The notes below the pieces were generated by a model. It saw only the letters and a list, made by a program, of their open reading frames with translations. It ran no database searches and was not told the origin of the DNA. Source: Candidatus Parcubacteria bacterium (GTDB lineage: Bacteria; Patescibacteriota; Minisyncoccia; Phycocordibacterales; EsbW-18). From it: 64,000 nucleotides of DNA. The stretch lies in NCBI GenBank assembly GCA_039798445.1, contig JBDKFZ010000012.1, forward strand, positions 2,407 to 66,406. The letters are read 5' to 3'. Within the stretch, counting starts at the first letter, position 1, and each line of letters starts with the position of its first letter. The position numbers and the translations under genes were made by a program. Shown here piece by piece: positions 57,659-64,000 of the stretch.

Positions 57659-60310
57659 CTACAACCCGTTCACGTACGCTCTCGTTACCGGCCCAAAGAA
57701 TCCTACGGCAGGTGTGATGCCGACAGATGCTTGGTATTCAACCAAAGCTGCTTGTGTCAGTGGTCCAAAAAAGCCCGTGGCACCGTTTGCTGCGAGTGAT
57801 TGTGCTGCAGGGCCTTTGTTTTGTGCGATGAGGAAGAGTTGGAGTTGGAGGACGTCGTCACCTTGTGAGCCAATGTCGAGATCACGGGTGTAAAGGTTAG
57901 ATGTTGTTGGAGTGCCGAGGAATGCGAGCATCGCTGGTGACGGGGTGCCGCCTTGTGCGATGAACTCTACAATTAAACTCCTCAATGTTTCAAAGAGATC
58001 GGTGTCCTCGCGGAATGACGGCGGGTTACTGATGGGTTTTCGATGGGTGCTACCTCCCCCACCACCGCCGCCGCTGTTATCGTCATCTGGCTCTTCCTCA
58101 TCTTCAACACCTTCGTCCCACACAAACACATCACGATCATCATTTGTATCGCTTTCAACAAGATCAGTTGCGTCTGAAGCAAAGGCGACAACATGACCGT
58201 CTCCTGAAACAGAACCTCCATTTCCACCGACGAGTGAATTCTCTGTTATGTGAAGAAGTGTATCTGATTCTCTATCGTAACGGAAAATGTTGTTCGTCTG
58301 TCCCTCTCCACCATCTGTAGATCTTGTAAAAACAACATACCGCCCATCTGAAGAAATGCTCGGTTTACCGGTGCTCTCCTCATCATCGTCAATCAATCGA
58401 TCAATAGTGTCGGTGTCGCGATCATAGACAAAAACTCCCCATTTGGTACTGGTGTCTCCTGAAACAAGATTTGTGGCATCAGAGGCAAAAGCTATATAAC
58501 GCCCATCAGATGAGAGAGCAATTTCCTGTCTCGCGTCGTTGTTTCCTTCCACCCCTTCGTCTGACACGCTCACACGTTCGATGGTTTCTCCCACACGATC
58601 GTACACAAACACATCATTCCTACCGTTCGTGTCGTCCACAACAAGGTCCGTAGAAGCTGAGACAAGAACGACATGTGTGCCATCTTTCGAGATTACCCCG
58701 AGGCGAGATTGCCCATCAGATCCCGACGTGATGTTGGTTTCTGTGTCGAGCTCTCGATCGTGGAGAATGATGTCATATCTCCCATCGCTATCTAGGCGTT
58801 GCGTATAGACCACATAGCGTCCATCATCAGAAATAGATGGCGACTCAAAGGAGTCTCCAGACACCCCATCTGTATTTACCTGTTCAATACTACCGAGCGT
58901 CCTGTCATAGAGAAAAATGTCGACTGAACCAGATATGTTGTCCGTTAAGTTCTCCGCAGCTGACGAAAAAACAACATACCTACCGTCTGAAGAAATATAC
59001 GGACTGATCGAGTGTCCATCCCCTTCTTCTCCTGCTATATTCGCACTCGCGAGTTCGATGGTATCCGTATCGCGATCGTAGACGAAGATATCCCGGCTGT
59101 CATTGGTATCTTCCAAAACAAGATTCGTAGCGTCTGACTCAAAGACGATATACCTACCATCTTCAGAAAGCTGTGGGGGTAGGTTCGCCGAGTCACCGTC
59201 CGCCTCCTCCCCCTCATCGTTTACACTCACGCGCTCAAATTCAAACGTTGGGGGTGGTAGCGTTGTAAAATTCCATGTCGTTTCGTCAGCGATACCCGTA
59301 AATCCAACGATTGCTGTGCTATCGATGGTAAAATAATAATCCGTACTCCTCTCCAAATCGACTGCTGGATGCAATGTCAACGTAGCGTTAGAAATAGTGA
59401 CCTCCTCTTCGACGCTCACATCAAACGTATCTACAACGCTGTCATCACTCGCTTTGTAGAGAGTTATATTCCCTGTTCCACCATAAATATTCTTATCAAA
59501 TTCTATTGTATAACTATCTAAAACAATCGAGACACCTGTTTCACCATCGGCAGGATTAAGCGTCACAATCGCTGGGGCGGCCTCCGTGGTGAAATTCCAT
59601 GTTGTTTCGTCAGTGATGCCGGCGAAAGGAACTATCGCACCCACATCAATGAGAATGTAGTATTCCGTTGCTGGTTCAAAGAGATCTAGGCGTGAAAAAT
59701 ACACTCCTTGATTTTCTACTGTCACCTCTTCGTCATTAGTTATGTCCCACGTTTCAACAATACTGTCATCGCTCGCTTTATAAAGCGTTATATTGCCCGT
59801 GTCCGTGTAAACCAGCCCATCAAAATAAATAGAAACGGGATCCTCCGGATTCAAGGAAGCATCTATCGCATCGTCCCCTGGTGAAAGTGAGTCGATTCCG
59901 CGTGGTGTATCATATGCATCTGTTGTAAAGCTCCAAGTCGTTTCGTCAGAAATACCTGCAAAGTCAACTATTGCCCCTGCGTCGATTTGAAAATAATATT
60001 CTGTACTCGTTGCAAGATCAGTATCGATGAGTACATAGACAACCACTCCAGAAAAATTTGCCTCCTCAGGGTCAGTGACATCGAGCGTCTCGACTACGCT
60101 ATCATCGCTCGCTTTGTAGAGCGTTATGTTTCCTGTTCCCGCAACTATTGCTTCATCAAAAATAAGATAATATGCCTGTTGGTCATTGAATATTGTCGTA
60201 TTAACTGCATCATCTTCAGGAGACAGGTTTGTTACTACGGCCGCCTGCGCAAAAAGGGGCAGGCAAGCCGAAATAAGAAAAAGAAACGACGCTAGGAGGA
60301 ATCTCCTCAT
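57659..60310 (-). CDS. giant secreted surface protein P7 (883 aa): signal peptide, about 4 Big_5-like Ig domains, about 7 PD40-like repeats, shared C-terminal module, peptidoglycan-binding domain
   Basis: MRRFLLASFLFLISACLPLFAQA signal, Ig units ending ETTWSFTT / ETTWNFTT. Tail GGGGGGGSTHRKPISNPPSFREDTDLFETLRSLIVEFIAQGGTPSPAMLAFLG...YTRDLDIGSQGDDVLQLQLFLIAQNKGPAAQSLAANGATGFFGPLTQAALVEYQASVGITPAVGFFGPVTRAYVNGL. Confidence 0.85.
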   Translation of the reverse strand: MRRFLLASFLFLISACLPLFAQAAVVTNLSPEDDAVNTTIFNDQQAYYLIFDEAIVAGTGNITLYKASDDSVVETLDVTDPEEANFSGVVVYVLIDTDLATSTEYYFQIDAGAIVDFAGISDETTWSFTTDAYDTPRGIDSLSPGDDAIDASLNPEDPVSIYFDGLVYTDTGNITLYKASDDSIVETWDITNDEEVTVENQGVYFSRLDLFEPATEYYILIDVGAIVPFAGITDETTWNFTTEAAPAIVTLNPADGETGVSIVLDSYTIEFDKNIYGGTGNITLYKASDDSVVDTFDVSVEEEVTISNATLTLHPAVDLERSTDYYFTIDSTAIVGFTGIADETTWNFTTLPPPTFEFERVSVNDEGEEADGDSANLPPQLSEDGRYIVFESDATNLVLEDTNDSRDIFVYDRDTDTIELASANIAGEEGDGHSISPYISSDGRYVVFSSAAENLTDNISGSVDIFLYDRTLGSIEQVNTDGVSGDSFESPSISDDGRYVVYTQRLDSDGRYDIILHDRELDTETNITSGSDGQSRLGVISKDGTHVVLVSASTDLVVDDTNGRNDVFVYDRVGETIERVSVSDEGVEGNNDARQEIALSSDGRYIAFASDATNLVSGDTSTKWGVFVYDRDTDTIDRLIDDDEESTGKPSISSDGRYVVFTRSTDGGEGQTNNIFRYDRESDTLLHITENSLVGGNGGSVSGDGHVVAFASDATDLVESDTNDDRDVFVWDEGVEDEEEPDDDNSGGGGGGGSTHRKPISNPPSFREDTDLFETLRSLIVEFIAQGGTPSPAMLAFLGTPTTSNLYTRDLDIGSQGDDVLQLQLFLIAQNKGPAAQSLAANGATGFFGPLTQAALVEYQASVGITPAVGFFGPVTRAYVNGL

Positions 60311-60317
60311 GATTTTA

Positions 60318-60325
60318 GTATATCA
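60318..60325 (-). promoter_or_regulatory. -10 box TATACT 6 nt upstream of the P7 ATG (possible leaderless mRNA)
   Basis: Minus strand reads ctgaTATACTaaaatcATG. Confidence 0.3.
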
Positions 60326-60389
60326 GACCCGCTATTTGGGGCGATTACATTGCCCCCAATCATAATACCGGCACCATTGCTGTAGCTTT

Positions 60390-60698
60390 TTGAGGGGCAT
60401 ATACTTGGTTCATATGGATCAGAAGAAAGCTCTAACAATGGATGTGCTCAAAGCCCTGGTTGTAGTTATATCCGGAGCCGCACTCGTCTCGCACTACAGC
60501 GCTTCAAATCCTTCGAGCGCGTTATCAAACGAGCCGCGCCCCGAAATCGTTCGTCAGGGCGAACAACTCGGTACGCCCCGATCTTTTGTCTGTGCGAAAG
60601 ATTCTTTGGCTCAGGACGAGAATGATGTTTTGGCGATGGAATACAGCAATACAAAAACAGTGGACTGCATGTTCGTAGGCTGTGGAGGTATCTTCTAG
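60390..60698 (+). CDS. hypothetical small secreted Cys-containing protein (low confidence)
   Basis: 102-aa ORF with a signal-like segment MDVLKALVVVISGAALVSHYSA. Converges on and overlaps the next gene by 4 nt. No domain. Confidence 0.3.
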   Translation: MRGIYLVHMDQKKALTMDVLKALVVVISGAALVSHYSASNPSSALSNEPRPEIVRQGEQLGTPRSFVCAKDSLAQDENDVLAMEYSNTKTVDCMFVGCGGIF

Positions 60699-62089
60699 TT
60701 AACAATAGACTCTAAGAACTCTTTTTGATTTATAAAAGAGTCTTTTATCTCTTTTTCTGAGTACCCCGCCTTCTGCAATTCACTCAATCGTAGAAACGGG
60801 AATCGTACCTGCATCGCCATCAGTTCTTTCTCCGTCATCATGTAGGTGAGTGTGTCGTCTATCCTCCAAACAGACTGCGCATACGGCATGTAGAGCAACG
60901 AATACGCAGACCTCGTTGTGTGTAAGAATCCCGGAGAGATGACGAAATTGCTCTCTACTCGTTGAGACATCTCTAAGATGTCAGTGAACAGAGCCACGGA
61001 ATTGAGCGCCGGAGCGATTACACCAAACTGATTTTCCATGAGGCTTTCATATTCTGCGGATGTCGTAGCGATGTCGTGTGTATCGAGAAAATCAAGGGTC
61101 ATTATCCTGGGATAAAACGTCAGGTTGGTGCATTCATACGTAACGGCCTCTGGCTGACTATAAAAAGGAAGTCCCCTTTCCCTCAATCGCACACTGATGA
61201 GATCCCTGTCTGTTGGTGACAAAATACGAAAATAGCTTTCATCAACCAACTTCGGGATGAATACTCTTTTATCATCAATGGAGCCGTAAACGGCATAGAG
61301 CGAATGTGGCGAACCTCTCCAACAGGAAGAGGGAGCGAGATACGGCCCACTCACCTCTTGTTCTATTCGTATAAAAGGTAGATTCTCTCGAATCGTTTTA
61401 CTATTCGTATCTGTATCGTCTACTTTCTGGACTTCGCGCGATAGATCATCGCGATTTCGAACAATCTCTCGAATATCACAACCTCTATTCTCCAGGAGAC
61501 ACTTTTTACGTCGTGCTATCTCCTCTTTGAGTGTGAGGCCGTTCTTATATATCTTCTCGAAATCTTTTTGGACGATCTCCTCGGATGTCCCGCTCTCGAT
61601 GAAGAAATAATAGCGAGGATCCGCTGTTGGGGCTTGCGCTTCTATCTTTGCAAATGCATCCAAGGTCGAAGAAGCTGATTCGATGTAGGCATCTGCGGCT
61701 TCTTCATATGTATCCAAGAGCCCTTTTGCCTTGTTTGAGTCCGGGTCATGAAAAAAATCTTCCGTCAGCACAGCTATCTCCGGAAGTGCGCTCAAGAATC
61801 TGCTTGGAAAAAGTTCGTACTCTCTGAGAATTCCCACGTACTCAGAGAACCTTTTGTCTTTTCTGTTCTCTATAGTCCCAATGACGGTGTCGCGTAGTCT
61901 CTTTTCTGAAAAAGCTATCTCGTCTACAGCACCTCCGAAATCATCGTCCATGAAGGGCGAATACAGGAGCGGGTCTTCTTTGGTTATTTTCTCAAAAGCT
62001 TCCAGCCCTGGAGCGGTTTTGTGAGCAGATGAGAACCAGACTACGCCACCGACGATTACAAGAAATGCGACGATGATGGTATTTCTCAT
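60695..62089 (-). CDS. hypothetical protein with N-terminal TM anchor (464 aa)
   Basis: MRNTIIVAFLVIVGGVVWFSS anchor, then a large soluble domain with no recognisable motif. ATGA overlap with the upstream ligase gene. Confidence 0.6.
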   Translation of the reverse strand: MRNTIIVAFLVIVGGVVWFSSAHKTAPGLEAFEKITKEDPLLYSPFMDDDFGGAVDEIAFSEKRLRDTVIGTIENRKDKRFSEYVGILREYELFPSRFLSALPEIAVLTEDFFHDPDSNKAKGLLDTYEEAADAYIESASSTLDAFAKIEAQAPTADPRYYFFIESGTSEEIVQKDFEKIYKNGLTLKEEIARRKKCLLENRGCDIREIVRNRDDLSREVQKVDDTDTNSKTIRENLPFIRIEQEVSGPYLAPSSCWRGSPHSLYAVYGSIDDKRVFIPKLVDESYFRILSPTDRDLISVRLRERGLPFYSQPEAVTYECTNLTFYPRIMTLDFLDTHDIATTSAEYESLMENQFGVIAPALNSVALFTDILEMSQRVESNFVISPGFLHTTRSAYSLLYMPYAQSVWRIDDTLTYMMTEKELMAMQVRFPFLRLSELQKAGYSEKEIKDSFINQKEFLESIVN

Positions 62090-63387
62090 ATCTCTGCGAG
62101 CATTATCTTGGCGACCGCTTTTCCCGAAACCGAAGAAAGCTCCGCAAAACGTACTTCGAGCGGATTAAAGAGCCCTGTCAGAACAGCTTCTTTGAGATTC
62201 ATAGATGGGGACACTCTAAAGTACTCCATGAATTCGGACCGTATCTTTTCTTTGAGGCTCTCAGTTGCTTGGACATTCTGATTTACCATGACCGTAAGCT
62301 CCATAGAGATTTTCGGTTTGTTGTCGAGATATTCTTCTTTCATCCTGACCTCGAAATGCGGCGTAAGGAACTCCTTGAGCCTCAGTAAAGGGGTTTCTAT
62401 CATGTCTCTCCTGATCTCAAAGCCGCCAGCTTTGACGAAATCATTGAACATCCTTCCCTTTACCAAAAGCAGTGGCTCTTTGTTGTCACACTCACACTGT
62501 TTATCCACAAAACATGCGCGGTCTCCCGTTCTATATCGAATCAGGGGTGTGGCGAGATTTGTAAAATCCGTGACCACCAATTCGCCATCCTGACCGTCTG
62601 GCACGTGCTTCCCTGTCTCTGGATCCAATATCTCAAGAAAGAAATGCTCGTTCATCGGATGAAGAAGAATCTCATCATGCGCACGGGCCAACATAGGACA
62701 TTGAATAGCGCACTTCCCTATCTCACCTGAACCGTAGAGCGTAAAGACTTCTTGGTCCGGATAGAGCGACTGTATGTATTCTTTCTTCGAAGGTGTGACG
62801 AGCTCTCCGGTTAATCTGATGTATTTCAACGTAGCGAGAAGCGAAGGATCATTCTCCAGATATTTTTTAAGCACAATCATCATCGTGGGGGTGCTGAGAA
62901 TCGTCCGTATCTTCGCTCGCGCGGCCAGCGAGATGGTGGCGGGTAGATTATGTATGTCACCGATCATCGACATGCGGTTTATCAAAAAGGTGTAGTACAT
63001 GATTGAGCTCGCTCGTAGCGGGCCAAAGAGGATGAGCATCCTTCCAAAATCTCCCGTCTCTAAATCTTTCCTTACCGCTTTCGAGGATGGTGTGTTGTAT
63101 GTCACCATCGGCTTGTTCGAGGTGGTGCCCGAAGTCGCCGACATCGTGACAACATCTTCTTCTGGCACAAAAAGGAGATTCTCATGCCCAAAATCTAAAA
63201 GCTCCTCTTTTGTTGTTAGGGGAATCTTTTCGATATCCTCGAACGAATTAAAGCCGGCGCTGGGGTCGAACCCTGCCGCGGTGAACTTGTCGAGATAAAA
63301 ACTGCTGTGTTTATTCTCAAAAACAAACTTCAACAACTCCTTCCAATCCCCTATACCCAGTGTCTTTTTCATACTGTATAAAAACAC
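62086..63387 (-). CDS. adenylate-forming enzyme of the phenylacetate-CoA ligase / coenzyme F390 synthetase (PaaK/CapK-like) family
   Basis: SATSGTTSNKP (AMP-binding P-loop-like motif) and RYRTGD near the C-terminal domain; 433 aa. Confidence 0.7.
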   Translation of the reverse strand: MFLYSMKKTLGIGDWKELLKFVFENKHSSFYLDKFTAAGFDPSAGFNSFEDIEKIPLTTKEELLDFGHENLLFVPEEDVVTMSATSGTTSNKPMVTYNTPSSKAVRKDLETGDFGRMLILFGPLRASSIMYYTFLINRMSMIGDIHNLPATISLAARAKIRTILSTPTMMIVLKKYLENDPSLLATLKYIRLTGELVTPSKKEYIQSLYPDQEVFTLYGSGEIGKCAIQCPMLARAHDEILLHPMNEHFFLEILDPETGKHVPDGQDGELVVTDFTNLATPLIRYRTGDRACFVDKQCECDNKEPLLLVKGRMFNDFVKAGGFEIRRDMIETPLLRLKEFLTPHFEVRMKEEYLDNKPKISMELTVMVNQNVQATESLKEKIRSEFMEYFRVSPSMNLKEAVLTGLFNPLEVRFAELSSVSGKAVAKIMLAEI

Positions 63388-63441
63388 CTTATCACACCGT
63401 TGCGGTGACTGCTTGTCCGCCTATCGGCTCCTCCTAATATA

Positions 63442-63472
63442 AAACAACCCCGCATAATGCGGGGTTGTTTTA
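63442..63472. terminator. bidirectional rho-independent terminator
   Basis: aaaacaaccccgcat-aatgcggggttgtttt. Confidence 0.75.
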
Positions 63473-63484
63473 TAACCAGAAGTC

Positions 63485-64000
63485 CTAGTCGAGCTCGCTA
63501 TCGATATCATCCAAAACATCATTGAGTTCATCGATGATGTCGATGACTTCATCCCAATCTTCGTCGTCGAAAGCATCTTCTGCGTCGTCGAGAAGGTCGT
63601 TCGCTTCATCGAGAAGGTCTTCTGCGTCGTCGACATTGTCTCCATCATCTTCAGCTTCGCTAATGTCATCTTCCGCGCTATTGATATCGTCCTCTGCCTC
63701 ATCGATTGCATCTTGAGCATCTTCTTCGTCTGCATCACTGCTGTCATTACTGTCACCGTCAACCTCATCTTGAGCATCGTCGGCGCTATTGCGAGCCTCG
63801 TCTGCATAATCAGTAGCCTCGGCATAATCACCATTGAGGAATGCACGGAATGCATCAAAGATGCTTTCGTTTGCCTCATCGATCATGTCTTCTGCATCAC
63901 CGGTATCTTCATCGTCATCTTCAGCACTATTGAACTCCTTCTCGGCATCTTCAATCGATTCAATAGCGGCCTTGAGACGAGTGCGGGCGTCCTTCTCCGC
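63485..64000 (-). CDS. extremely acidic repeat protein (C-terminal 171 aa in window; gene continues beyond window end)
   Basis: ...DEANESIFDAFRAFLNGDYAEATDYADEARNSADDAQDEVDGDSNDSSDADEEDAQDAIDEAEDDINSAEDDISEAEDDGDNVDDAEDLL...IDSELD*. The frame stays open upstream of the first Met to position 64000. The alternative M/T/K-rich frame (63421..63879) is rejected. Confidence 0.6.
   Translation of the reverse strand, partial: AEKDARTRLKAAIESIEDAEKEFNSAEDDDEDTGDAEDMIDEANESIFDAFRAFLNGDYAEATDYADEARNSADDAQDEVDGDSNDSSDADEEDAQDAIDEAEDDINSAEDDISEAEDDGDNVDDAEDLLDEANDLLDDAEDAFDDEDWDEVIDIIDELNDVLDDIDSELD

Noticed and set aside
8193-60310. Highly periodic repeats that might suggest a CRISPR array or a satellite
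   Set aside because: The periodicity is at the protein level: 45-100-aa domain repeats with degenerate DNA identity inside long ORFs. There are no short identical direct repeats separated by unique spacers. No CRISPR array or cas gene is present in the window.
63421-63879. 152-aa Met/Thr/Lys-rich ORF
   Set aside because: It is a frame artifact of the GAT/GAA-rich repeats. The acidic frame ends exactly at a terminator and stays open to the window end, so it is the plausible gene.

Overview
This 64-kb window appears to come from a small-genome bacterium of the Candidate Phyla Radiation / Patescibacteria type (inference only; bulk GC about 45-50%). Supporting observations: the 23S and 5S rRNA genes are present without a linked 16S, the 23S carries an intron-like insertion, there is little metabolism (only pgk and tpiA), and there is a type IV pilus cluster next to huge surface proteins. 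Nearly all genes are on the minus strand.

Content, in order along the window:
- The 5' part of an FtsW/RodA-type gene and a membrane protein.
- A minus-strand rRNA operon lacking 16S: 23S, then tRNA-Ile(GAT), then 5S, then a terminator. The 23S carries a 361-nt intron-like insertion at the E. coli 2593-equivalent site.
- An AroE-like dehydrogenase with a long N-terminal extension, a small ORF, and an RRM-domain RNA-binding protein.
- Array 1 (8.2-18.0 kb): three giant secreted repeat proteins.
- The str operon (rpsL-rpsG-fusA), an M50 protease, ribosomal protein L28, a stand-alone ComEC-type MBL protein, a SleB-like hydrolase, Fe/Mn superoxide dismutase, the ComEC channel, MscL, RNase HI, RecJ, a HIT protein, Pgk and TpiA.
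- A type IV pilus cluster: pilB, pilC, a 607-aa pilin-like protein, a prepilin and a PilX-like protein.
- SIMPL, an ECF sigma factor with a putative anti-sigma partner, YceI, DsbB and a DUF3298 protein.
- Array 2 (46.6-60.3 kb): four giant secreted proteins.
- A membrane protein plus PaaK-like ligase operon and an extremely acidic repeat protein that runs off the window end.

The seven giant proteins together occupy about 23 kb. They are paralogous mosaics built from the same small set of repeat modules. All seven share a C-terminal module (acidic run, Gly/Ser run, an SHR[KR] motif, an amphipathic helix), and five end in a PG_binding_1-type peptidoglycan-binding domain. This is the most striking candidate for an undescribed cell-surface or host-attachment system in the window.

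Other non-coding and compositional structure:
- Two families of ~110-bp GC-rich repeats: one inverted pair bracketing 13 kb, and one direct pair.
- A palindromic repeat cluster covering the start of the large pilin gene.
- Recurrent TGnTATACT extended -10 boxes directly upstream of the giant genes.
- At least five isolated ORFs at 58-67% GC that look horizontally acquired.

All calls are from reading the sequence by eye. Small-feature coordinates may be off by 1-2 nt.
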